This document shows, in pieces, positions 22,930 through 33,275 of a stretch of DNA of 64,000 nt. Origin of the DNA: Mayamaea pseudoterrestris (Eukaryota); NCBI GenBank assembly GCA_027923505.1, contig BROI01000019.1, forward strand, positions 62,001 to 126,000, given 5' to 3'. The translations under genes and the position numbers were made by a program. Position 1 is the first letter of the stretch, and each line of letters begins with the position of its first letter. The notes under the pieces are model-generated. The model ran no database searches, had not been told where the DNA came from, and worked only from the letters and a program-made list of their open reading frames with translations.

Positions 22930-25764
22930 TTGAACGAAACCAAAGCTGCGAGAATGAGAGACTTGACGATAAGGAAGATATTGAGGCGACGCAAGGGCTG
23001 CTGGACCTTGATGGCGTCGCTGCTGCTGATTCTTCATGCGATTCCATCACGCTGCTTTCTCGCATTGCAACGTCCCTCGACGCGACATCTGTCTTTGCTA
23101 CAACAAAGACGAACTACATTGACTGCTACGCAATGCGATAATGATGCTTATCCCGCATCTTCAAGTAGCAGCAGCAATCGATACGACTTGAAACTGCTGC
23201 TTGTTGATCACTACGACAGTTTCACGTACAATCTTGTCGATTTATGCTCGCAGTACACGTTGCAACCACCAACTGTCGTTGCTTGGAATGTGTTACCCGA
23301 TTTGCAAAAGCTATTGGCATCAAAGTATGATGGCATCATTCTCAGTCCAGGTCCCGGCAAGCCGACTGAATACGCCACGACGCTGCAACTGTTACAGCAT
23401 TTGGTGTTGAATCAAAATGCTAGTAGTATTCCAGTACTCGGCGTTTGCTTGGGACATCAAATGCTTGGTCTCGCCTACAATGCTTCCGTCGTTTCAGCGC
23501 CAGAGCCAATTCACGGACAAGTTTGGGAATGCCGACTGGTAGAGCAGCATGACGAGACTGACGAGCAAGGTAAAGGTCAATTTGCGGCAAGAGCAGCAGG
23601 GGCAAACGACTTGACAATTAGCAGCCGCAACGTCTCTCGACTCTTTGAAAACGTTACAAAGACCTTTCATGCCACGCGATATCATTCATTGCAGGTTGTT
23701 TTGAACGAAGATTCGTCCTTGCTGAAAGCAACTGCAGTGGCGGATAGCCGCAATAACGCAACAACATCGGACGAGATGACGGTTGGCATGGCCATGGAAT
23801 CCGAGACGCATCCGCATTTTGGTGTACAGTTTCATCCCGAAAGTATTGGATCGCTTGACTCGGTGGGACGACGGTTGATTCAAAACTTTTTGAGCGTTTG
23901 CAACGAGTACCGTCGAGAGAGAAAGGTGGAGCAGCCATTGAGCGAGTCAACGGTAAAGAACTTTTACGATTTGCAACAATCAGCAAGTACACATTTATCT
24001 AGAACTGGTGCGTCGTCGGCAATGATGCGGAACAAGCCGACCGTTTACATTCATCAACTGTCCAACTGCAGCCTTTCGCCCGAGCAAGTCATGCTTGCCT
24101 TATATCGAAACGAACCATATGCATATTGGTTAGATCACGCATCGGAAATAGATAAGGACAGTAAAGCTGTATCTATACTGGGAGCGAGTCGAGAGCGCGT
24201 TGAATATTGGAATAATGGAAGTCGTCAAGGCACTGGAGCGCAGAAATACATTGTCGAGTATCATGGCTGCGATGAATCGCACAAAACGACTACCATTCAA
24301 GACATTGACATACTGGAATACTTATCATTACAGCACAGTGTGGAACGTCGAACCGATGCTGTAACCATGGTAAAGTTTGGTAATAAAGACGGCAGGGGCG
24401 AGCCAGTGTTTTCAGTGCAATCGGAGCAAGACTCTGATTTGCCGTTTGACTTTCGCGGCGGACATGTCGGATATCTTGGATACGAGGTGAGGTTTGATAC
24501 GCTACGATATCTACAGCTCGAGGAAGGGTTTCGAAATGATGACAGAAGTTATGATGCAGAGCAAAGCACCAAAGACGACCCGACCATTCCAACGGCTGCG
24601 TTCATGTTTGCGACAAAGAGTTGCGTTTATCATCATGCGACGCAGACGTGGTATCTGGTGACAGTTGTTCGCAACGAGCAAGAAGACCCAAAGGCTGTTG
24701 ATTGGATGCGAAAGACTACGGCCAAACTAGCAACTCTCCAAGCGAATAATTGCGTAAAGCGCGACCATTTGCCGTCGCACCAATCCACTTCCAGACCGCA
24801 GATGCACCCGAGGAAGCCAGCATTTGTTCCCAATCGATCGCGGGCGACGTATTCAGACAATTTTCGTAAGTGCATGGATCATATCTATCTGGGCGACTCC
24901 TATCAACTTTGCTTGACGAATCAACTTGAGGCAACTATACCATCGGACGCGACATTTTGTCCGCTGAACCTTTACCAAACGCTTCGACGAGCTAATCCGG
25001 CACCGCATGCGGCGTATCTAAACTGGAATTTTCATCAGTCTATTGTCGATCCGAAAGGATCTCTTGCCATTTGTTGCTCGTCGCCGGAACGCTTCGTTTC
25101 CGTCTCGCGACACACTTCGTTTGACAAGCTGTCAGTTGAAACTAAGCCCATTAAAGGCACGCGCGCTAGAGTGACGCCCTCCAGGAGTAGTATGCAACTT
25201 TCCTACGAGGAAAGTCGAGAGGACGCCAAGCGAGCAGACGATCTGCGCGCTTCAGTCAAAGATCGCGCTGAAAACTTGATGATTGTCGATTTGCTACGCA
25301 ACGACTTGAGTCGAGTCTGCGAAGCCGGATCGGTTCACGTGTCTAAAATGATGGACATTGAATCTTACACTACAGTGCATCAGATGGTGTCAACAATACG
25401 CGGGGTCTTGGACCCGAAGGCAACTGCGGCAGTCGACTTGCTAAAAGCATGCTTTCCGGGCGGCAGCATGACGGGTGCGCCCAAGATTCGCAGCATGGAG
25501 CTGCTCCATCAGATGGAGCAGCGTACTAATCGAGGTCCATACTCAGGATCGATGGGATACATTAGTGTGAATGGATGTGCGGATATGAATATCATTATTC
25601 GATCCGCAGTGCTCAGTTCCCAAATGCAAAACGAAACAAAACTTGCCATCGGCTCTGGGGGTGCCATTACGGCACTGAGCGACGACAATGACGAGTATGA
25701 TGAAATGATGCTCAAGGCAGCCGCTGTCATCCAGGCGATTGAGAAATGGCTGAGCAGCGATTAA
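22930..25764 (+). CDS. pabAB: Bifunctional aminodeoxychorismate synthase (PabA-PabB fusion); true start probably ATG 22954 or 23010
   Basis: GATase motifs SPGPG, GVCLGHQ, QFHPES; chorismate-binding motifs PIKGT (PabB type), ENLMIVDLLRND, FPGGSMTGAPK. Confidence 0.92.
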   Translation: MNETKAARMRDLTIRKILRRRKGCWTLMASLLLILHAIPSRCFLALQRPSTRHLSLLQQRRTTLTATQCDNDAYPASSSSSSNRYDLKLLLVDHYDSFTYNLVDLCSQYTLQPPTVVAWNVLPDLQKLLASKYDGIILSPGPGKPTEYATTLQLLQHLVLNQNASSIPVLGVCLGHQMLGLAYNASVVSAPEPIHGQVWECRLVEQHDETDEQGKGQFAARAAGANDLTISSRNVSRLFENVTKTFHATRYHSLQVVLNEDSSLLKATAVADSRNNATTSDEMTVGMAMESETHPHFGVQFHPESIGSLDSVGRRLIQNFLSVCNEYRRERKVEQPLSESTVKNFYDLQQSASTHLSRTGASSAMMRNKPTVYIHQLSNCSLSPEQVMLALYRNEPYAYWLDHASEIDKDSKAVSILGASRERVEYWNNGSRQGTGAQKYIVEYHGCDESHKTTTIQDIDILEYLSLQHSVERRTDAVTMVKFGNKDGRGEPVFSVQSEQDSDLPFDFRGGHVGYLGYEVRFDTLRYLQLEEGFRNDDRSYDAEQSTKDDPTIPTAAFMFATKSCVYHHATQTWYLVTVVRNEQEDPKAVDWMRKTTAKLATLQANNCVKRDHLPSHQSTSRPQMHPRKPAFVPNRSRATYSDNFRKCMDHIYLGDSYQLCLTNQLEATIPSDATFCPLNLYQTLRRANPAPHAAYLNWNFHQSIVDPKGSLAICCSSPERFVSVSRHTSFDKLSVETKPIKGTRARVTPSRSSMQLSYEESREDAKRADDLRASVKDRAENLMIVDLLRNDLSRVCEAGSVHVSKMMDIESYTTVHQMVSTIRGVLDPKATAAVDLLKACFPGGSMTGAPKIRSMELLHQMEQRTNRGPYSGSMGYISVNGCADMNIIIRSAVLSSQMQNETKLAIGSGGAITALSDDNDEYDEMMLKAAAVIQAIEKWLSSD

Positions 25765-26028
25765 CTTGAAAAGTTCTTGAAGCCGAACACCTTTTGTTCG
25801 AGCCCTTTCTGTGCAGACGATCGTTCATTGCGCCGAACAAGTGAATGTATCAAAAATTGGCATGCAATATAAATTAGAATATAGATTAGATTACGTATTG
25901 GGGAACTGTCCCAGAGTCATTGTCCTTAAATGGTTGACATGGCATCGCCATCAGGTTGATCGGTGCACGTCGCGCCAATGTGTTTTATCGGCATGCGATC
26001 GCTTTTAATATGAGGGCGCTATTCGAGC

Positions 26029-29000
26029 TTACGAGAATGCTTCGACCGGTACACCCAAAAGGAATGTAGCAACCCAATTTGTCAGCGCTTCGTCGGCAAG
26101 ATCAGAAACCTTGACCTGACATTTAAAAACGCATGGTTCGCTGTCATTTGTATTATCTTGACGGCCATCATGTTTCGGAAAGGCATCACTCGCATCCCAG
26201 CCCGCTTTCGCCCACGCGTCATTCGCAATTGACATGTTATCTTGGAGTGTTGAGAACTTGAGGACCTTTTGCTTAGACAAGGCATTCCAAACCGATTGTA
26301 TTTTAGAGACAGGTACCATTTCGAAGGTGCCAGCCTCAATTTCGTCCTGTATGCCACCTTTTGCTCCTTCTTTAGTCCAAGCGCTCACGCCAGTGACGAC
26401 AAGAAAGTCATCCATGGTTGCAAGTCCGCGCGTAAGTGCTCGCGTAACCTCCTCGGCTTTCACCTTCCATATGCCGCCCTTGACCGTGTTCATTGGAAAC
26501 CCGACATTTGCACGACGGAGTTTCTCACTGCAGTGAACCCACAACAGAGGCTCGTCGTTTTTCAAAGTGTACTGTCCACCAAAACGAAGTGGCATGGTGA
26601 ATTTTTGAGAGCAACAAAGACCTCTATTACGTGGTGCTGCTGGCAGATCCAGACCCTCAGCAGCCGGTCGATTGAGAATGGCGCCGACCGTAAGCTTGTC
26701 GTCGTCCATAACGATTAGTATAACTGACTTGTGGAGCTCTTGATCCTGAAGAAGAAACGGCGATCGACCATTTGCGGAAGCACGTACAAGACAGCCGGCC
26801 ATGTTACAATGAGCCACAAACGAGGCCGGTTTGGAATAGTTATCATGAGCAGGACTTTTGACGACCAAAGCAAGTTGGCCAGCAAGGCCATCCAGAATAC
26901 GCTTCTTTGGCCCGGCGCATCCTCCTCCAACATTGCTCAGGAGCTTGTGTAGCGACCATTCTTTAAGCATCATGTCGTCGAATCCACCATCATGTCTTTG
27001 TGCGACATCATCACGCCCGATCATGTTCATAAGCAAATACCAAGTTTCGAGTCCAGCCTCACGAGGATCTGAAGAGGCTATCTGGCCCAACTCCTTTATC
27101 AACGTATGCGAGTCCGTCGCCACTGTATACCAGAAACTGCGATCGACCTCGCTTCGTAAAACACTAGGTCCCCAGCCCGCGTAGCCGCAAAACACTTGGA
27201 AATCTTCGGCTCGCGCCACACCAGCCTTGACTAAACGTTTTGCGTTCTTAAACGTTGTCCACTGAAGCCCATTCATAATTGGGACGCTAGCCTTTTGGGC
27301 TTCCTTGGCATCGATTGAGTGAAGGCAGACGAGGTCAGGTCTTTCACTATGAATTCCTTGGACGTCGCCTCCAAACCAAACTCTGTATCGAACGCCTGGA
27401 TTAAGATCATCTTCCAACTCAAAGTCGGTGGGACGGTTGAGTATAATTCCCTTTGTAAATGTATCTTCCTGATGATCCAAAACGAGTATTGCTGCCTTAT
27501 GGAAATACTGCTGCCGAAGTGAAAATCCAAAGTCCTGCTCCACTCCGCCAAGAATCACCGTTCCCTTTTCAATATTTCGGCCGCTATCATACGCCCATTG
27601 TGACTGGTCCAAGGGTGTCATCTTTTCAAGCTTCGTCTTTGTCGTTGAACGATCGAAATACAAACCTCCAATGCCGTCGAGATCGTCGCATTCCTCAACC
27701 ATGGCATCGCACAGCATGTCTTCATCGTCCGTAACCTTTGGCTCGGACATGACAAGCTTGGCTCGAAAAGCTCGCCAATCAAGGCTATCAATGTCAAGAC
27801 TGACTTCCTCGTCACCAGTATCGCATTTGTTTGCTCTCTCATTCATGTCCGCAACCAAGTTGGAGCTGGTAAAGTCGGCGTCCAGTATTGCTGGTGATCT
27901 TGAGTCCAAAGACATCTTCAGCGAGGCAGCAATAGACTCTAAATCAATATTAGGTTTGATCACATACGAGACTTCTTCTGTTTCTGTTGGTGCCAACGAT
28001 GGTTTAGGAGCGGTCGAGAGAACAATAGCGCTATCACTGAAATCATTCCTTTTGTCCACCGAAGGCGGTATACGCGCATCGACTCGGTCCAATGATGCCT
28101 TGTGTTCTATTACATCAACGGGTTCATGCAGCTGCTTTGCCGGCTTTAGAACCGGAGGAGCTCGTGGATATGAAGGTGATGGTGCAGATAAGCCAACAAT
28201 TGCTTCAAGATATCCATTACCGATACCGGGGTTAGCCGCCTTGAGTTTCTTGCCGAAAGGACTATTCATCCATTTCGGAGTTGGAGGCGTCACAATGTCC
28301 TCTGCCACATTTGTTGCTGATGTGTTTGATGCAGAAGAAGGTCCGGCGTGCTGTTCTGATTTAATGGACTCGACTATGAGCGGAGCGGCTGTGACATTCA
28401 TCGCCGAAAAGGGTGCGATAGAAGGTTTGGCAATGGATTCGGACGATGACTTGCTTAGAATCAGACCTTCGTCATACTTCGACAGCGCATCAACAGTAGT
28501 GTGAGCTGTTTCGAGTATAGATGATTCTGCCTCCACCGACGAACTCGCCGCAAGTGACTTCAAACTTAGCGCGTCATGAGCGACAACAGATGTTGTTTTA
28601 TCGAAGACTGGTATCGCAGGCGATAGACTAGGCAAACCCGCTTCAGCACTTTTCTTGTTCGTCTCCCTCAGTGAAAAGGGCAAACCTTCCAGTGAAGCAT
28701 TAGTAGCAATTTCAAAAGTAGCGCTGGCCGAAGGCGCGGATCCTGCCGCTTCCGTCAGAGCATTTTGAATAGCGGGTTGTTTATTAGAAGTAATTGGAAC
28801 GGTCCTAAAATCGCTCTCCTTTTCCCATGCTTCAAAGTCAGTCGAGAGCGTCACAGGCGACAAGTCAGACGACGTAGCTGAAACATCCGCCAAAACAGCG
28901 TCCACTCCATGTGGGAACAATTGAGAGTGGCTTTTTGACGAAAGCTCATCATTTGGCGCGTCTGTCGGTAACGATCGCCGTAAGAGTGGTTGAGAGGGTT

Positions 29001-30723
29001 CGTTGTCTAACATATGTTCATTTTCGCCGCCTTTCAGCTCGGTCGCAACGTCTCTTGTGAATAAAGTTGTGGCGCTTCTTAATGCAGGGGAATTTGATGG
29101 AGATTGTATAGCTTCCTCGGCAGTCGGTTGGAGTATATTTTCGTTGACAATTGTCGATTCGTTTGCTGCGCTGGAAGGTGTGCGGGAAACTATATTCTCG
29201 TTATTGCTGACTGAAGCGAGCGGTATTGTAACATATGTAGCGTTGGCTTCCGCGTCCGCACTGTTTAGAGGCGTATCTTCCACTTCATTATCCATGACTA
29301 CAGTTGAGTTGACCACTGCATTGTTAACTGGCTTACTTGTTTGTGACACGGTCAGGGTGTCACTGAAATTGCTTGCTGCCATGAGCACGGCTGATACGGC
29401 GGTTGCGTTGAATTGGTTGGTCTTTGCTTCTATTTTTGCTGGCTGATGCGACGACCTTCCCTTCTTTTTGAGTGTCGCTAGTGGCATCCACTGGCCCTTT
29501 GCTGCACTTCTGACTTTTGTCTTGGCAAAGCCCTTGGCCGAAATAGTCTTTGCTTCACGCGATGACGATGCCTTTGGCGTTTTCATCCCATCCAAACTAT
29601 TCAGCAGTGGCAAGTATTGTTGCTTTGACTTGCTGCTACTGCGCACAACAACCTTTTTAGCAGCCTTTCTTTTTGTTGGTGGTTTGCTTTCAACTTGTTT
29701 AAGTGCTTCTGCTGCTGATTGTTGTCTTGATGACGACGTTGTAGATGCATCCAATTCAACCTTTTCTTCTAAGCGAGGCATGTACTTGTGAACCTTGGTC
29801 GGACTTTCGGTTGGCGTTGCAGCAATCACACGAGCGTCTGGTGCATTCAACAAGCTAGCCGCAACATTGATCGATGCTTGGTCGAGAGGATGATTCTCGT
29901 CGGGAGCAGCGTTTGCATCCTGACTCCTTTGTCTACTATTGACTGGTAGGTACTTGTTAATTCTGCGTACAGAAATCTTTTTAGCGCCAGTGGCTGCTGC
30001 TGTAGATTCTTCCATGGCTGGTGCCGCTGCCTTGGATGCATGCGACAACTTTGTTGTGCGATTACTAGTGTCAGTTGCTTTTGGTTCAAGCGCATTTGCA
30101 TCCAGAGGCGTAGAATCATTGTCTGCCACTTTTTCCGAGGCAACAATGGATTCTTGGGCTGACGAAAACGTTGCAGACGAACTGGAAGCTCGGTTTATTG
30201 TTATCTTGTCGCGGCTATCTTCCAGCTCTCGAGTGTCTTTTGTTTTGTCAAGAGTGGCTTTCGGAATCGTTTCTGCTGCTTCTGTGGCATCTGCTGCATG
30301 TGTTGCTTCCGTGTATATGTATGAGTTTGGTGTTGCATTTATCTTGTTTTCCTTTTGCAGCGACATGGCTTTGGTCATGATCTGCACGGCAAGATAGTGG
30401 GCCATGACTGGTATTGTACTTGAAGACGAGGATGAGGATGATGCCGTGTCCTTTTCGTTGGACAGTCTTGCTGGAGGAGGAGTAATTGCTGCTGCAGGCG
30501 TTGAACTTGCTTCATTCTTGTTGGTTGTAGTTTTCGCCAAGGGCATAGACGGAGACGCTTCATTTTCATGCGGCAAGTATAAATGTAGTCGAACTGCATG
30601 ATGATCTCGTTGCCTCGTCGATGCAGTGCCGTGCTGTTGGAACGAGTTTGATGGAATTCCAAGAAAGGCAGACGCAAAAGGTGCGAGTATGAGCGTCGCG
30701 GCGACTTGGATGATGCGTCTCAT
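26029..30723 (-). CDS. Plastid-targeted protein with two DUF179 (AlgH/YqgE-like) domains and a long low-complexity N-terminus
   Basis: Signal peptide APFASA-F. First domain GIILNRP..FGGDV..GYAGW; second domain GAILNRP..FGG..GVSAW. Confidence 0.8.
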   Translation of the reverse strand: MRRIIQVAATLILAPFASAFLGIPSNSFQQHGTASTRQRDHHAVRLHLYLPHENEASPSMPLAKTTTNKNEASSTPAAAITPPPARLSNEKDTASSSSSSSSTIPVMAHYLAVQIMTKAMSLQKENKINATPNSYIYTEATHAADATEAAETIPKATLDKTKDTRELEDSRDKITINRASSSSATFSSAQESIVASEKVADNDSTPLDANALEPKATDTSNRTTKLSHASKAAAPAMEESTAAATGAKKISVRRINKYLPVNSRQRSQDANAAPDENHPLDQASINVAASLLNAPDARVIAATPTESPTKVHKYMPRLEEKVELDASTTSSSRQQSAAEALKQVESKPPTKRKAAKKVVVRSSSKSKQQYLPLLNSLDGMKTPKASSSREAKTISAKGFAKTKVRSAAKGQWMPLATLKKKGRSSHQPAKIEAKTNQFNATAVSAVLMAASNFSDTLTVSQTSKPVNNAVVNSTVVMDNEVEDTPLNSADAEANATYVTIPLASVSNNENIVSRTPSSAANESTIVNENILQPTAEEAIQSPSNSPALRSATTLFTRDVATELKGGENEHMLDNEPSQPLLRRSLPTDAPNDELSSKSHSQLFPHGVDAVLADVSATSSDLSPVTLSTDFEAWEKESDFRTVPITSNKQPAIQNALTEAAGSAPSASATFEIATNASLEGLPFSLRETNKKSAEAGLPSLSPAIPVFDKTTSVVAHDALSLKSLAASSSVEAESSILETAHTTVDALSKYDEGLILSKSSSESIAKPSIAPFSAMNVTAAPLIVESIKSEQHAGPSSASNTSATNVAEDIVTPPTPKWMNSPFGKKLKAANPGIGNGYLEAIVGLSAPSPSYPRAPPVLKPAKQLHEPVDVIEHKASLDRVDARIPPSVDKRNDFSDSAIVLSTAPKPSLAPTETEEVSYVIKPNIDLESIAASLKMSLDSRSPAILDADFTSSNLVADMNERANKCDTGDEEVSLDIDSLDWRAFRAKLVMSEPKVTDDEDMLCDAMVEECDDLDGIGGLYFDRSTTKTKLEKMTPLDQSQWAYDSGRNIEKGTVILGGVEQDFGFSLRQQYFHKAAILVLDHQEDTFTKGIILNRPTDFELEDDLNPGVRYRVWFGGDVQGIHSERPDLVCLHSIDAKEAQKASVPIMNGLQWTTFKNAKRLVKAGVARAEDFQVFCGYAGWGPSVLRSEVDRSFWYTVATDSHTLIKELGQIASSDPREAGLETWYLLMNMIGRDDVAQRHDGGFDDMMLKEWSLHKLLSNVGGGCAGPKKRILDGLAGQLALVVKSPAHDNYSKPASFVAHCNMAGCLVRASANGRSPFLLQDQELHKSVILIVMDDDKLTVGAILNRPAAEGLDLPAAPRNRGLCCSQKFTMPLRFGGQYTLKNDEPLLWVHCSEKLRRANVGFPMNTVKGGIWKVKAEEVTRALTRGLATMDDFLVVTGVSAWTKEGAKGGIQDEIEAGTFEMVPVSKIQSVWNALSKQKVLKFSTLQDNMSIANDAWAKAGWDASDAFPKHDGRQDNTNDSEPCVFKCQVKVSDLADEALTNWVATFLLGVPVEAFS

Positions 30724-31841
30724 CCTTCGTTACTGTCGTTGCTTTGAATGAATGAAGCAATAGAATGGAGTCAAATGATGTAAAGTAATGAGACTCGGCA
30801 AGTCGGAGGCAGTAAACATCAAGTGGAGGGAGATGGAATCGCTCAAAGCAAGCGATTATAGAACAAACATCATGGTGGAGGGAAGGCCTCTATAGACTGA
30901 CGTCAACTGAGTATCGTGCTTTATGTACACAATTGATAAATGTATCATCATGAATAGATACGTCAGTGAAAGTGGTGCCAATCTTTGTGTACAACACTTG
31001 GTGACGTGAGTCATGCTGGCGTCAAGAGTGAGTTTTCACGAGCATTGCTGAACACGAGAGATCGATTCTTCACCATGGCACCATGATGGTGGGTGCCTAC
31101 GTATCTACGCTCCCATTGCGGCACCCAGAGCAAGCTAATTGACGGCTCGAGTCACAAAGTTTCTAGCTAAGTACGGCGTTAGGCTTAACTAACTGGAAAT
31201 TACGGCCGAGAACACCGAGCGAATCATCGCGCGTCAAAATACAACCAAGAAAACGCTGCATTGCTTTGAATTTCACATTTCATCTTTCGAAGTGACTTTT
31301 GTACTCCGGCTTAACGGTGAAAGAACAGTTGAAAGAGCATCGCCTTTGATGCGTCTTGTTTTTGTAAACGCAGGCTTTAAAGGCCAGCAACAAGTTTCGG
31401 GCTTATGCTTAGCTCGTGGGCTCTTGGGACAAAAGTCTTAACAGAATTCCATCCGAACGAGAAGACGAACCGAAATCATTTTGGATTGTCAAAATTCACG
31501 CCACCTAGAAAACTAATACAGCTGCAGGCGAAAACTAGAACGGTTAGTTACTACTGAATCGGGATCGGGACGGAATGGGACCGAGTAATTCGATGTTTGA
31601 ACGATGAATGTTAGCCGATCCAGTCTATGCTATTGCGCAACCTGGCTGAGTGCAATGGAGCTGCTACTTGTTGACCATGCGCGGAAAGAATATCTTCAAA
31701 CAGGCTCGGAGCTGGAGCTGACTACACGCACGCTCACGCTTGCTCGCGAATCGTAGAGTTCTCTAGTTAAGGCGGGCTTTTCAAGGATTCAATCTACGAC
31801 GCTGTTTGGCTTATTTGAGATCCTTTTACTACACTCAAGAG

Positions 31842-32798
31842 CTAGTCGTTCAACGGACAGTACTTACAAGGAACAGTTAGCCTCTGCTTCGCCTGCACTG
31901 GATGGTGCAGCAACGCTTTTGTTCGTCTCATGCTCGTCAATCCCATCTGTGGCTTTTCAATAAAGGTTATAAGCACGTCGCTGGCTCGCAAGTATTCGAA
32001 TGATAGTTCAACAAACTGCATTTTATCAGTCCAGTACTGACACAAGACGCGCCATTCATCTTCGCATTTGCGCATGGCCACAAGCACCATCCAAACGCGT
32101 CTACCCTTAGCAGGGACACTATTTAAATCAATGAAAGATGGCAGCTCATAGTCACCCGTCAAACTGCCTAGCAGTGGCTGCTTGTACTCGTTCATGCGTT
32201 TGTCCATGACAAGATGCGAGATCAAGCCCGGTCCATGCGTCTTAAGTTGTTCGCGCACATCATAATGATCCTTATTACTAGTAGGCTTCATGTCAATCAA
32301 TGTGTAAGTGACGACCTTCGGATCCGCCAGTAAGCGCTCCAAATGACAACGATTAATCTTGCTTTCCAATATCAAATCATGGAGTTCCTCACTGTCAAAG
32401 TGTTGTCGAATGTATTGAGCAAGATCAACCATGCGGCACAGGCGATCCGGCCGACTCTGCTGCACCTTGTAGCACTGCACGACTGCGCAAGCATGCAAGT
32501 AGGCGCATGCAAAGCGTTCGATGCCTCGAACAATGCGAATGGTCGAGTCGTGAAAGATGTTGACGCAATGCTCATCACTCTTGCCGTAATTTTGAGCATG
32601 GTCGATCCAGCATTTCATTTGAATTGTTTGCTGATAGTCGTCTTGACAGCCTGTGAAGATCAAATGATTGACAGTGAGGCGTTCGCCAGACTGTTTGCTT
32701 TTGTCAAGTAGCATGGCGATGGACGCCATTCGTTGATTCTTGTCATTTTCAAAGAACCTTCGGCCATACAAGAACACTAAAATTCGCTTCCGACGCAC
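31842..32798 (-). CDS. Papain-fold (peptidase C1-like) protein, apparently catalytically degenerate; 5' end unresolved
   Basis: AYLHACAVVQ, GPGLIS, WMVLVAMRK and QYWTDKMQFVE resemble protist C1-like motifs (recalled, not searched). The frame stays open upstream to about 32948. Confidence 0.45.
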   Translation of the reverse strand: MRRKRILVFLYGRRFFENDKNQRMASIAMLLDKSKQSGERLTVNHLIFTGCQDDYQQTIQMKCWIDHAQNYGKSDEHCVNIFHDSTIRIVRGIERFACAYLHACAVVQCYKVQQSRPDRLCRMVDLAQYIRQHFDSEELHDLILESKINRCHLERLLADPKVVTYTLIDMKPTSNKDHYDVREQLKTHGPGLISHLVMDKRMNEYKQPLLGSLTGDYELPSFIDLNSVPAKGRRVWMVLVAMRKCEDEWRVLCQYWTDKMQFVELSFEYLRASDVLITFIEKPQMGLTSMRRTKALLHHPVQAKQRLTVPCKYCPLND

Positions 32799-33275
32799 GG
32801 CTGAGGGGTCAATGTAAATGTCAGGAACTGTTAGCTCCTTGACATATCCATCAAGAATGATGCGCTGCTCCGTCTCAAAATAGTCGGCGACGCTTCCGTC
32901 GACAAGCTTGGGAGTTGGGAGGTTCCATTCGCAAAGTTTTCGCCATTTCTAGCATACGCTCCTGCCCTGGAGACAGCTGTTTGTCCCTACTTAGGTCTGC
33001 CGTCATGTCGTTTATCAAAGGACAGCTACAAAGACTCTGAATGGATATGATTACACTACTGCGAAGTGGCGTTTCACAGTTTCGACCCGCGCGGAACGTG
33101 AAAAATGGGAAGCCATCGAGAACCGCTGCGATGCTTGCCACACTTTTCTATATCAGGCGGGTGACTTATCATAGGTAGCGTAAGGCAAGAGCAGTTGCAT
33201 GCAGAATACGTGTATGTTCATTCCCTTTATAGTATCTAATGGTAGATACATTTCTGTCGATACGAAGCGCCATGG

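Noticed and set aside
31030..31841. Long intergenic stretch as hidden gene or ncRNA
   Set aside because: No ORF of 60 aa or more, and no repeat or convincing structure seen; cannot be supported without transcript data.
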